A stretch of DNA of 64,000 nucleotides from Verrucomicrobiota bacterium (GCA_049522015.1 JBEKOG010000028.1:323-64322), one strand, 5' to 3'; shown: positions 29,152-37,976, numbered from the stretch's first letter. The notes: generated by a model not told the origin, from the letters alone. Translations and numbers: made by a program.

Positions 29152-29757
29152 ATGAAACAATCAATCGTCACTTTGGACATGGAAGGCGTGCTGACGCCGG
29201 AAATCTGGATTGCGGTCGCCGAAAAGACCGGCATCCCGGAATTGCGCCGCACCACCCGCGACGAGCCGGATTATGACAAGCTCATGCTGGGGCGGCTTGC
29301 CATTCTCAACCAGCACGGCCTGAAACTTTCCGACATCCAGCAGGTCATCGGCATGCTGCGGCCGCTGCCCGGCAGCAGGAAATTTCTGGATGAACTGCGT
29401 TCGTTCGTGCAGGTCATCGTTCTCTCCGACACGTTCGAACAATTCGCCTTTCCCCTGCTCCGCCAACTCGGCTGGCCGGTGCTCCTGTGTCACCGGCTCG
29501 TCGTCGAAAACGACCGCATCGTGGATTACCAGTTACGCATCCGGGAGCAGAAGCGCGAGGCCGTGGCCGCCTTCAAACGGATGAATTATCACGTCATCTC
29601 CGGCGGCGATTCGTTCAACGACACCGCCATGCTCGTCGAGGCGCACGTGGGAATACTCTTCCGCGCGCCGGACGCGGTGAAACAGCAATTCCCGCAGTTT
29701 GAGGCCGTCGAGACTTATGCCGATTTGATGAAGCTGATCAAGGCGGCGATGGCGTAG
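29152..29757 (+). CDS. thrH: Phosphoserine phosphatase / homoserine phosphotransferase ThrH (HAD family)
   Basis: Collinear with the Pseudomonas ThrH sequence as I recall it (LDMEGVLTPEIWIAVAEKTGI...TTRDEPDYDKLM...VVLSDTF.EF..PL.RQLG.P.LLCH...GDS.NDT.ML). Confidence 0.8.
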   Translation: MKQSIVTLDMEGVLTPEIWIAVAEKTGIPELRRTTRDEPDYDKLMLGRLAILNQHGLKLSDIQQVIGMLRPLPGSRKFLDELRSFVQVIVLSDTFEQFAFPLLRQLGWPVLLCHRLVVENDRIVDYQLRIREQKREAVAAFKRMNYHVISGGDSFNDTAMLVEAHVGILFRAPDAVKQQFPQFEAVETYADLMKLIKAAMA

Positions 29758-29837
29758 CGGTTCCCCATCGTCCTCGAATTTTAGGTTGGAAGATTTTGAT
29801 TGCGAGGACGAGGACGAGAACGAGGAGGATAAAAAAA

Positions 29838-30815
29838 TCAGTCCTCCGCCTTGAACGCGCGGGAAATCAAATCCTGCACCGCTTGTTTGGGTTTTTTGCC
29901 TTCGTAGAGCAGCGCATAAACCTCGTCAATGATCGGCGTGAGCACCTTCTTCCCGCGCGCCAGCCGGTGTGCGGATCGTGCCGTCGGATATCCCTCGGCC
30001 AGTTTCGGATGCGACGCCTGGATTGCCGCCATCGTTTCACCGTGCCCAAGGCGTTCGCCGAGGTCGCGATTGCGGCTTTGTTTCGAGAAACACGTCAGCA
30101 TGAGGTCGCCCAGACCGCTCAAACCGGCGAACGTTTCCGGCTGCGCGCCGCACGCCACCCCCAGCCGGCGTATTTCAGACAACGCCCGCGTGACCAGTCC
30201 GGCCTTGGTGTTGTCGCCGTAGCCCAGCCCGTCGCTCACGCCGGCGGCGATGGCGATGATGTTTTTCAGCGCGCCGCCGTATTCCACGCCGAGGATGTCC
30301 GTGCTGCGGTAAATGCGAAACTTGGGACGGTGGAAAAGTCCCTGCACCGTTTGCGCCGTGCCGTCGCTTTCGCTGGCGCAAACCACCGTGGTCGGAATGC
30401 CCAGCGCCACTTCGCGGGCAAAGCTCGGCCCGGAAAGCACGGCCACGCGATCCGCCGGGGCCTGCTCGCGCAGTATCCGGCTCATCGTTTCGCCGGTCTC
30501 AAATTCAATGCCCTTGGTCACGCTCACCATGATGGCCGGATGCCCTTTCAATTTTACGGCGACCTGACGGAAGGCCTGCGACGGGATGGCCATGGCCAGG
30601 CACTCGGCACCCGCCACCGCCCTGGCAAAATCCACCTCCACTTTCCAGTCGGACGGCAACGCCATGCCGGGCAGGTAACGCTCATTCCGCCCGTGGCGGA
30701 GTTCGTCGAGCGTCCGGACGTCAATGTCCCAAAGTGTCACGGCATTGCCGTTTTCGTGGAGCACCTTGGCCAGGGCGGTTCCCCACGCACCCGCGCCGAG
30801 CACGGTAATTTTCAT
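29838..30815 (-). CDS. gpsA: NAD(P)H-dependent glycerol-3-phosphate dehydrogenase
   Basis: MKITVLGAGAWGTALA Rossmann start at 30815. The upstream part of ORF 29838..31043 overlaps plsY and is rejected. 4-nt overlap with plsY. Confidence 0.92.
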   Translation of the reverse strand: MKITVLGAGAWGTALAKVLHENGNAVTLWDIDVRTLDELRHGRNERYLPGMALPSDWKVEVDFARAVAGAECLAMAIPSQAFRQVAVKLKGHPAIMVSVTKGIEFETGETMSRILREQAPADRVAVLSGPSFAREVALGIPTTVVCASESDGTAQTVQGLFHRPKFRIYRSTDILGVEYGGALKNIIAIAAGVSDGLGYGDNTKAGLVTRALSEIRRLGVACGAQPETFAGLSGLGDLMLTCFSKQSRNRDLGERLGHGETMAAIQASHPKLAEGYPTARSAHRLARGKKVLTPIIDEVYALLYEGKKPKQAVQDLISRAFKAED

Positions 30816-31450
30816 TTCGTTGCCTCCGGGGTTGCGGATTTCTGACCAAAACGTTGCTCGGTGCCATTGAGCAGACGCTGGATGTTGCCCCGGTGTTTGA
30901 AGATGGCGAGTAGTCCCAGCACGGTGGTGACAATTCCCAAAAACCGGCTGTCCTTTGTCAACCAGACCGCCGTTGGCAACGCCGCCGCCGCCGCGATGGA
31001 AGCCACCGACACGTAGCGGCTCAACACGAACACAACCATCCACGTGCCCAACGAAATGCCCGCGGCCAGCGGCGCCAGCGCAAAATAAACCCCCGCACTG
31101 GTGGCGATGCCCTTGCCGCCCTTGAACTTCAGCCAGCAGGTAAAATTATGACCGAGCACCGCCGAAATGCCCGCAACGATTCTCAGATTTTCAATTTGAT
31201 CTGGCGCGACCGCAAACAACTGGATGACGAAATCCGCAAGCCAGGCACACGCGGCGAAACCTTTGAGTCCGTCCGCCACGAGCACGAAGATGCCCGCCGG
31301 TTTGCCGAGAATGCGAAAGGCATTGGCCGCGCCGATGTTGCCGCTGCCAACGGTGCGAATGTCAATCCCCTTGGCGCGGGCGACCAGATAGCCGGTTGGG
31401 ATTGAACCCAGCAAATACGCCGCCACGGCGATGACAATAAAAACGAGCAC
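30812..31450 (-). CDS. plsY: Glycerol-3-phosphate acyltransferase PlsY
   Basis: YLLGSIPTGYLVAR..GIDIRTVGSGNIGAANAFR is the canonical PlsY N-terminus. Polytopic membrane protein. Confidence 0.93.
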   Translation of the reverse strand: MLVFIVIAVAAYLLGSIPTGYLVARAKGIDIRTVGSGNIGAANAFRILGKPAGIFVLVADGLKGFAACAWLADFVIQLFAVAPDQIENLRIVAGISAVLGHNFTCWLKFKGGKGIATSAGVYFALAPLAAGISLGTWMVVFVLSRYVSVASIAAAAALPTAVWLTKDSRFLGIVTTVLGLLAIFKHRGNIQRLLNGTEQRFGQKSATPEATK

Positions 31451-31545
31451 GGCGGGAGTTTATGAACCCGAAGTCCAAAGTTCAAAGTCCAAAGTTTTTC
31501 AAAAACGCCGCCCTGTCCATCAAAATGGCAAAAACTCCCCTCTCC

Positions 31546-31601
31546 CGTCGCTTCGCGCCACCCTCTCCCCGCCCAAGCGGGGAGAGGGACGGGGCGAGGG
31601 G
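31546..31601. repeat. Nested G/C-rich palindrome, with a short-period repeat at 31470-31500 just upstream
   Basis: ccctctcccc-gcccaagc-ggggagaggg is a perfect 10-bp stem at 31561-31588, with outer partial arms. gaagtccaaagttcaaagtccaaag lies nearby. Confidence 0.75.
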
Positions 31602-31689
31602 TGCGTCATTTTCAGTCACTCAATACTGTTCCCTTGCGTGAGACTCATTTCGACTTTCGGTGACTCGGTAAAAATGGCACACTGCCCGC

Positions 31690-32727
31690 ATGGCATCAAA
31701 GGTCAAAGTCGCCGTTCTCGGCACCGGCTCGCTGGGTCAGAACCATGTCCGCATCTACTCGGAACTCGCCGCCACCGGCCTAGTGGAATTCACCGGCATC
31801 TTCGACACGTCTGCCGACACCGCCCGCAAAATTGCCGCCAAACATGGCACTCGGATTTTCTCTTCGATTGCCGAATTGGCTACCGCGAGTGATGCCGTCA
31901 ACATTGTCACGCCCACCACTACGCATTTTGAACTCGCCAAATTGCTGTTGCAGCAGGGCAAACACGTCCTCGTGGAAAAGCCGATGACCGACAGCTCCGA
32001 GCAGGCCGCCGAGCTGTGCGAACTCGCGCAGCAGAAGAATTGCGTCCTGCAAGTCGGCCACGTCGAGCGGTTCAATCCGGTTTTCAATTTTCTCCAGACC
32101 GTCGCCACCGAGCCGGTGTTCATCGAGTGCAGTCGCCACTCGCCGTTTCCCGCGCGCAGCACCGACATTGGCGTGGTGCTGGATTTGATGATTCACGACC
32201 TGGACGTGGTGCTCGCGTTTGTAAAATCGCCGGTGACGAGCGTGGATGCCGTGGGCATTCCCGTTTTGAGCAAATCTGAGGACATCGCCAACGCGCGGCT
32301 GCGTTTCGCCAACGGCTGCGTCGCCAACCTCACCGCCAGCCGCGTCAGCCCGGCCTGGATGCGGAAGATCCGCGTGTTCAGCGGCCCGACCAATCCCTGC
32401 TACATCTCGCTCGATTACCGCGCGCAGGAAGGATTCATCTATCGCGTCGCCCGAGACGGTGAGGAAGAAAGTTCGCTGCTGAAAAAAGTGCTGGCCGCCA
32501 AACTCGGCATCGGGAAGGACTCAACCATCGTCAGCGAATTCGGCGGCAAACGCATCGTGCGCGAGCCGGTGCCGATTGCCAAAGACGAACCGCTCAAGCT
32601 GGAACTGCAAAGCTTCGTCAATTGCGTCCGCGAAAAACAGACGCCCGTCGTCAGCGGTGAATCCGCCAAACGCGCTTTGGATCTGGCCTTTGAAATCACA
32701 CGGCAAATCCAAAGTCAAAAAAATTAA
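31690..32727 (+). CDS. Gfo/Idh/MocA-family NAD(P)-dependent oxidoreductase
   Basis: VKVAVLGTGSLGQNHVRIY Rossmann N-terminus and the EKP motif (VLVEKPM). Confidence 0.85.
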   Translation: MASKVKVAVLGTGSLGQNHVRIYSELAATGLVEFTGIFDTSADTARKIAAKHGTRIFSSIAELATASDAVNIVTPTTTHFELAKLLLQQGKHVLVEKPMTDSSEQAAELCELAQQKNCVLQVGHVERFNPVFNFLQTVATEPVFIECSRHSPFPARSTDIGVVLDLMIHDLDVVLAFVKSPVTSVDAVGIPVLSKSEDIANARLRFANGCVANLTASRVSPAWMRKIRVFSGPTNPCYISLDYRAQEGFIYRVARDGEEESSLLKKVLAAKLGIGKDSTIVSEFGGKRIVREPVPIAKDEPLKLELQSFVNCVREKQTPVVSGESAKRALDLAFEITRQIQSQKN

Positions 32728-32986
32728 CGCAAAGGCGCAAAGACGCGGAGAAACAAAAAAACATCGGGGACAATCTATGTTTAAATCGAAACTGACAACA
32801 CAAATCCAAGTTGAAACTCGTCGCGCACAAAAACACATTTCTGCGTGGGTGTTGCACGTCCTTTTCGCCAACGGATGAAAGGTCCAACTGATGTGAAATA
32901 TTCCATCAAAAAAAATCCGTTGGCAAGCATTGGGCCGAATGCCATCGTTTTGGTTGCGCCTCTGCGCCTTTGCGTCTTTGCGTTAA
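32724..32986. mobile_element. MITE-like 263-bp element with ~25-bp terminal inverted repeats built from GCAAAG units
   Basis: Left arm aacgcaaaggcgcaaagacgcggag (32726-32750). Right arm ctctgcgcctttgcgtctttgcgtt (32960-32984). The outer TT/AA complete a TTAA at each end. An internal hairpin gccaacggat...atccgttggc is present. No ORF. Confidence 0.5.
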
Positions 32987-32995
32987 AACAGGTTT

Positions 32996-34171
32996 GTGAA
33001 ACCAAAAACGTTCATGCTCATCGCCGGTGAGGCGAGCGGGGATTTGCTCGCGGCGGAATTGGTTTCCGCGCTGCTTGCCGCGTTGAAGCGAAGCGAAGAC
33101 GGGCGCGTCCCGCAATTCTTCGGCGCGGGCGGTTCACGCATGGCAACGGCGGGAGTCGAGCTGGCCTTCGACCTGACGCAGCACTCGGTTATCGGCATTT
33201 CCGATGTGCTGATAAATTATTTCAAGTTCCGCCGGCTGTTCCATCAATTGCTGAAACTGGCGATTGAACGCAAACCGGACGCCATCATCGGCGTGGATTA
33301 CGGCGGGTTTAATCTGCGCTTCGGCCACGCCATCAAACAATACGTCCGCAAAAATCGATCGGCGTCCACGCCGTGGAATCCGAAAATCATTCAGTTCGTG
33401 TCGCCGCAGGTCTGGGCGTCGCGACCGGGCCGGGCGAATTTGCTCGCGGCGGATTACGATCTGCTCCTGAGCATTTTCCCGTTTGAAAAGGATTGGTATG
33501 CCAAGCGCGTGCCGAAGTTGCGCGTGGAATTTGTCGGGCATCCCATGGTGGATAGAAGTTCAAAGTCCAGAGTCCAGAGTCCAAAGTCTGAAAACGCAGC
33601 GCCAACAGTTTTGCTTTTGCCTGGCAGCCGCAAAAGCGAGTTGCAACGGCACCTGCCGCCAATGCTCGGCGCATTGAAACTGATTCAGGAAAAGTTGCCG
33701 TCGGTGAAAGCGAAAATGGTTTTGCCGGATGAAGCTTTAAAACAACTCGCGGACAAGCTGTTCACGCTCCCGTCAGATACGGAAATCCAAATTGGCAATC
33801 TGCCGCAGGCGCTCGCACAGGCGGACGTTGCCATCGCCTCAACCGGCACGGTGACGGTGGAATGCGCGTTCTTCGGCGTGCCGACGGTGACGCTCTACAA
33901 AACGTCGTGGCTTACCTACCAGATTGCCAAACGCATCGTCACGGTGAAATCGCTGACGATGCCGAACTTGCTGGCGAACGAGGAGGTTTTTCCCGAATTC
34001 ATCCAGGGTGCCGCCACGCCTGACCATATTGCCAGAGCCGCGCTGGAGCTTTTGCAAAACGAACCGCGCCGGATTCAAATTAAAAAGCGGCTGGCGGAAA
34101 TCATTTCTTCCCTGGGCGGACCCGGCGCGACCACGCGAGCGGCAACGGCGATTTTGAGTTTGTTTCAATAA
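32996..34171 (+). CDS. lpxB: Lipid-A-disaccharide synthase
   Basis: IAGEASGDLLAAELV, DYGGFNLR, LLPGSR.SEL. GTG at 32996 (alternative ATG at 33014). Confidence 0.9.
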   Translation: MKPKTFMLIAGEASGDLLAAELVSALLAALKRSEDGRVPQFFGAGGSRMATAGVELAFDLTQHSVIGISDVLINYFKFRRLFHQLLKLAIERKPDAIIGVDYGGFNLRFGHAIKQYVRKNRSASTPWNPKIIQFVSPQVWASRPGRANLLAADYDLLLSIFPFEKDWYAKRVPKLRVEFVGHPMVDRSSKSRVQSPKSENAAPTVLLLPGSRKSELQRHLPPMLGALKLIQEKLPSVKAKMVLPDEALKQLADKLFTLPSDTEIQIGNLPQALAQADVAIASTGTVTVECAFFGVPTVTLYKTSWLTYQIAKRIVTVKSLTMPNLLANEEVFPEFIQGAATPDHIARAALELLQNEPRRIQIKKRLAEIISSLGGPGATTRAATAILSLFQ

Positions 34172-34350
34172 ATAGACGATCCTCATTTTAGTGATACAAT
34201 TATTGAAATAGCTATTACATAAATTGTGCTGGCGGTTTTGGGGAGCGCTTGTCCCCTTTGCGGCAAAACAGCCGGGCCACAGATCGGATGACGCGTTATC
34301 GGCAGTTACACAGTTTTGACTTTTCATGTCTTCATCGCTACTCTGGGTGC

Positions 34351-34836
34351 ATGGAATCGCTGCACGCGCCGTGGCGCATCGAATACATCCTGTCGCCGAA
34401 ACCACAACTCGATGCCAGCCTGTTCACCCGCATCGCGCAGTCCAATGACGACGAAGCGAACCGGGTGATTGTGCGCGACCGCACCTGCTTCGCGTTGCTC
34501 AACACCTATCCCTACAACGGCGGCCATTTGCTGGTCGTGCCCTACAAACAGGTCCCCGACCTGAACGGCCTGACCGAAGAGGAACTGGCCGATTTGTGGA
34601 AGCTCACCCGCCGCTGCATCAACGCCCTGACGCAGGTGATGAAGCCGGATGGCTTCAATATCGGCATCAATCTGGGCAAGGTTGCCGGCGCGGGCATCGC
34701 TGAACATTTGCACATCCACATCGTGCCGCGCTGGAACGGCGACACAAACTTCATGCCGGTTCTGGCCAACACAACCGTTTTACCAACGGCGCTGGACGAG
34801 GTCGCCGCGAAACTGCGCGCGGTGCTGGCACAATAA
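34351..34836 (+). CDS. HIT-family nucleotide hydrolase/phosphorylase
   Basis: Histidine triad HLHIHIVPRW. ATG at 34351 (MESLHAPWRIEYI). Confidence 0.88.
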   Translation: MESLHAPWRIEYILSPKPQLDASLFTRIAQSNDDEANRVIVRDRTCFALLNTYPYNGGHLLVVPYKQVPDLNGLTEEELADLWKLTRRCINALTQVMKPDGFNIGINLGKVAGAGIAEHLHIHIVPRWNGDTNFMPVLANTTVLPTALDEVAAKLRAVLAQ

Positions 34837-34952
34837 AATTCTCCGCTTCCGAAAATGCCGACTGAAACCTTGCACTTCGAAAAGTGCCTGTTCCGCATCC
34901 TGTTTTTTGCGGACTTGCCAAAAATAATTTTCCGCCGGATGATGAACCTGTA

Positions 34953-35156
34953 ATGACAACGACCGTAGAAGCCATTTACGAGCACGGCAAACTTCTTTTG
35001 TCGGAGCCGTTGTCGTTGCCGGAAAAATCGCACGTTCGCGTGACCATCGAATCCGACACGGAGCGCGAGACGTGGTTGAAACTTTCCGAGGAAGCTTTGA
35101 TGAAAACCTGGGACAATGACGCCGACGACGTCTTCAATGAACTGCTCAAGAAATGA
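34953..35156 (+). CDS. DUF104 / AF2212-like antitoxin-family protein (no cognate toxin adjacent)
   Basis: MTTTVEAIYEHGKLLLSEPLSLPEKSHVRVTIE matches the DUF104 pattern (AIYENGVLKPLEPLDLPEG..V.V.I) as I recall it. Confidence 0.6.
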   Translation: MTTTVEAIYEHGKLLLSEPLSLPEKSHVRVTIESDTERETWLKLSEEALMKTWDNDADDVFNELLKK

Positions 35157-35221
35157 TGTCGTTCTTCTGCCGATTCCCTTCACCCGCTTGACTTGCCGTG
35201 GTTCTGGCGTGAAACTAAGTT

Positions 35222-35428
35222 ATGAGTGTGACAGAAATCATTGAGCAGTTCAAAGGTTTGCCCGCCAACGAACGGGCGCAAGTGGCGAAGTATGTCGTGG
35301 AACATGACGATTCGTGGGTGCCGGAATCTTTCAAGCAAGGCATGGCTGATGCCGAGGCCGGACGCTTCGTGGACATGGAAACGGTTTTGAGCGGTGCTCC
35401 GCCTCCGTCCCGCAAACGGCGGAAATGA
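35222..35428 (+). CDS. Putative type II antitoxin (small acidic protein upstream of the RelE/ParE-like toxin)
   Basis: 68 aa, with a 4-nt overlap (ATGA) with the downstream toxin-like gene, as is typical of type II TA operons. Confidence 0.55.
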   Translation: MSVTEIIEQFKGLPANERAQVAKYVVEHDDSWVPESFKQGMADAEAGRFVDMETVLSGAPPPSRKRRK

Positions 35429-35700
35429 AATATCGTTTCAAGCCAACCGAGAATTTTTGGGAGAGCTTTTACGATTTAAGCTCCAGCCAGAAAGATTCAA
35501 CCCGCCGGGCGTGGAAAATATTCCGGGAAAATCCTTTTGACCCACGCTTGCGCACGCACAAAATTCACAAGCTTTCCGCCCTTTATGGCCGCACGATTTA
35601 CGCGGTGGACATTGAAGGTGACTTGCGCGCCATATTTTTCATCAAGGGCGATTGCATTGTGACTGTGGACATCGGCACGCACGACATTTACAAAGGTTAA
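35425..35700 (+). CDS. RelE/ParE-superfamily toxin-like protein
   Basis: 91 aa. The pattern ...NPFDPRLRTHKIHKL....GRTIYAVDIEGDLRAIFFIKGDCIVTVDIGTHDIY resembles RelE/HigB/YafQ-type mRNA interferases. Confidence 0.6.
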   Translation: MKYRFKPTENFWESFYDLSSSQKDSTRRAWKIFRENPFDPRLRTHKIHKLSALYGRTIYAVDIEGDLRAIFFIKGDCIVTVDIGTHDIYKG

Positions 35701-35702
35701 TC

Positions 35703-36686
35703 GTGGCAACTGAAACTCTTCATTTCGAAAATGCGCGCGTCGCGCAGCAGCTTTTCAATCACGAGCCGCGCAACCTTAAATCGCTCGAAGAACAGCTCGG
35801 CGTCAAGGCCACCGCCCGCGAAGGCTGGATCAAACTCGAAGGCGCCGCTGATGCCGTCGAGAGCGCCAAGCAGCTTTTTGTGTCGCTGGAGAGTTTGCTC
35901 AAGGCCGGCTCGCCGGTGCGCAACCGCGAGTTTGCCCATGCGCTGAACATCATCAAGCACGAGGGCGTTTCGACGCTCAAGGATTTGATGAGCGACCGCG
36001 TCATGACGCACGACCGCAAGCCCGGCGTCACTGCCAAAACTGTCGGCCAGAAAAAATATCTCGACGCGATTCGCAGGCACGACATCACGTTCGGCGTTGG
36101 GCCGGCGGGCACAGGCAAAACCTATCTGGCTGTGGCGATGGCGCTGGCGGCATTGCGCGAGGGGAAGGTTTCGCGAATCATCCTCACCCGCCCGGCCGTT
36201 GAAGCCGGCGAAGCGCTTGGTTTTTTGCCCGGCGACCTTTACGAAAAAATCACCCCGTATCTCCGCCCGCTGCACGATGCGCTGCACGACATGCTGCCCG
36301 CCGAGGAAATCCAGAAGCACACCGAACGCGGCACAATTGAAATCGCGCCGCTGGCCTACATGCGGGGGCGCACGTTGAACAACGCCTTCATCATCCTCGA
36401 CGAGGCGCAAAACTCAACGACTGAGCAAATGCTGATGTTCCTCACGCGCCTTGGGCACGGCTCGAAGGTCGTCATCAACGGCGATGAAACGCAGATTGAT
36501 TTGCCGCCGCACAAAAATTCGGGATTGCTCGAAGCCCATCGCGCGCTGAAAAACACCGAAGGAATCTCGATTGTGGAACTGGGCAAGCGCGACGTCGTCC
36601 GTCACCCGCTCGTGCAGCGTATCATCTCAGCTTACGAGGAGCATCGCAGCCAAAAATCCGGAGGGGCGAGCGCTGCGAGCCCCTAA
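35703..36686 (+). CDS. phoH: PhoH-like ATPase (PhoH/YbeZ)
   Basis: Walker A GPAGTGKTYLAVA, ILDEAQN, GDETQIDLP. GTG at 35703 directly after the toxin stop. Confidence 0.92.
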   Translation: MATETLHFENARVAQQLFNHEPRNLKSLEEQLGVKATAREGWIKLEGAADAVESAKQLFVSLESLLKAGSPVRNREFAHALNIIKHEGVSTLKDLMSDRVMTHDRKPGVTAKTVGQKKYLDAIRRHDITFGVGPAGTGKTYLAVAMALAALREGKVSRIILTRPAVEAGEALGFLPGDLYEKITPYLRPLHDALHDMLPAEEIQKHTERGTIEIAPLAYMRGRTLNNAFIILDEAQNSTTEQMLMFLTRLGHGSKVVINGDETQIDLPPHKNSGLLEAHRALKNTEGISIVELGKRDVVRHPLVQRIISAYEEHRSQKSGGASAASP

Positions 36687-36724
36687 TTGAAGCAAGGCGT
36701 CGTGGAACTCCGCCCTCCGGCAAA

Positions 36725-37216
36725 ATGAACATTACCGTCGCCAACCGTCAGCACGTGCGAAAAATCAACCTGCGGCTGCTGAAAAAAATTGCGAACGCGC
36801 TACTGGCGGAACTGGAGATTGAAAAGGCCGAAATTGGAATCTGCCTCGTCGGCGCGCCGGAAATGACGCGACTCAACGAGACTTTTCTCCGGCATGCCGG
36901 TTCAACGGACGTGATTACGTTTGATTACCGTGACAGCGTGTTGCCGGCATCTTGCCGGCAAATCAAATCAGAACTTCCGGCAGGATGCCGGAAGCACGTT
37001 CACGGCGAGATTTTCATCTGCGTGGACGAGGCGGTTTTGCAGGCGCGGAAGTTTGACACGAGCTGGCAGTCGGAAATCGTCTGCTACATCATCCACGGAG
37101 TTTTGCATTTGGTCGGCTTTGATGATTCGAGTGCGGGTGCCCGGCGCAAAATGAAACGGGAGGAAAACCGCCGGTTGCGTGAAATCACCCGCCGCTTTCC
37201 CTTGAGCAAACTTTGA
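36725..37216 (+). CDS. ybeY: rRNA maturation endoribonuclease YbeY, with an in-frame 66-nt palindromic insertion
   Basis: Zinc motif HGVLHLVGFDD. phoH-ybeY synteny. Confidence 0.92.
   Translation: MNITVANRQHVRKINLRLLKKIANALLAELEIEKAEIGICLVGAPEMTRLNETFLRHAGSTDVITFDYRDSVLPASCRQIKSELPAGCRKHVHGEIFICVDEAVLQARKFDTSWQSEIVCYIIHGVLHLVGFDDSSAGARRKMKREENRRLREITRRFPLSKL
36935..37000. repeat. 66-nt palindromic element (26+14+26), copy inside ybeY
   Basis: agcgtgttgccggcatcttgccggca / aatcaaatcagaac / ttccggcaggatgccggaagcacgtt. A second copy lies at 52123-52188 in proS. Confidence 0.85.
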
Positions 37217-37236
37217 TGCGGCCTTAGACTTGGCGC

Positions 37237-37899
37237 ATGGAACAGAAAAGCTTTTTTGCCCGTTGGCGGGCGAATTTTGTGACCGGTTTGGTTATTGTCC
37301 TGCCTGGAGTGATTTCAATTGCGGTTCTGGTCTGGCTGTTCGGCACCATCTCCAACATCACCGACACGCTGCTGATTTTCATTCCCAAAACCATCACGCA
37401 TCGAAACCACGGCGAAGGCCCGATGTATTGGTATTGGAGTTTCGTTGCCTTGATGCTGGCGGTTTTGCTCATCAGCGTGGCGGGCCGGCTGGCGCGGAAT
37501 TATTTCGGCATAAAAATGATCGAATGGGTGGACCGCGTGATGAGGCACGTGCCCTTTCTGAACAAAATTTACGCCGCCACCAAACAGGTCAACGAGGCGT
37601 TTGCCGGGAACAAAAATTCGTTTAAGACCGTCGTGCTGGTGGAATTTCCAGGGCCGGGAAGCTACGCCGTCGGTTTCATCACGAACGAACAACAAGGCGA
37701 AGTCCAGAAAATGGCCGGCAAAAATCTGGTCAGCGTCTTTATCCCAACGACGCCGAATCCCACGTCCGGCTTTTTGATTCTGGTCCCGGAAGAAAAGGTT
37801 GTGAAATTGAAAATGTCCGTCGCCGATGCCATCAAATACATCGTCAGCCTCGGCGCAATCTCCCAGGAATCCATGCCGCCGACGGAAAAACGAGGATAG
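37237..37899 (+). CDS. DUF502-domain membrane protein
   Basis: Two N-terminal TM helices (GLVIVLPGVISIAVLVWLF) and the C-terminal PTTPNPTSGFL motif typical of DUF502. Confidence 0.8.
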   Translation: MEQKSFFARWRANFVTGLVIVLPGVISIAVLVWLFGTISNITDTLLIFIPKTITHRNHGEGPMYWYWSFVALMLAVLLISVAGRLARNYFGIKMIEWVDRVMRHVPFLNKIYAATKQVNEAFAGNKNSFKTVVLVEFPGPGSYAVGFITNEQQGEVQKMAGKNLVSVFIPTTPNPTSGFLILVPEEKVVKLKMSVADAIKYIVSLGAISQESMPPTEKRG

Positions 37900-37976
37900 A
37901 AGATTGAGGATGGAGAATCGCCCAGCGCGCCAAACGGTATGCCATCTTCCATCTTCCATTCTCCATCTTTGTGTTT

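Noticed and set aside
29768-29811. Hairpin tcgtcctcg-N26-cgaggacga between thrH and gpsA as a bidirectional terminator.
   Set aside because: The 26-nt loop is too long for a canonical intrinsic terminator and there is no flanking T-run on either strand. It is more likely another low-complexity (GAGGAC)n hairpin repeat.
30816-31043. N-terminal 76-codon extension of the gpsA ORF (ORF 29838..31043).
   Set aside because: It overlaps plsY on the same strand in another frame. The canonical MKITVLGAGAWG Rossmann start at 30815 gives a normal-length GpsA with a 4-nt overlap to plsY.
31431-31892. 153-aa ORF spanning the plsY-oxidoreductase spacer.
   Set aside because: It is made mostly of translated repeat sequence (PLPSLRATLSPPKRGEGRGEG from the palindrome at 31546-31601). 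It then runs out of frame into the oxidoreductase gene.
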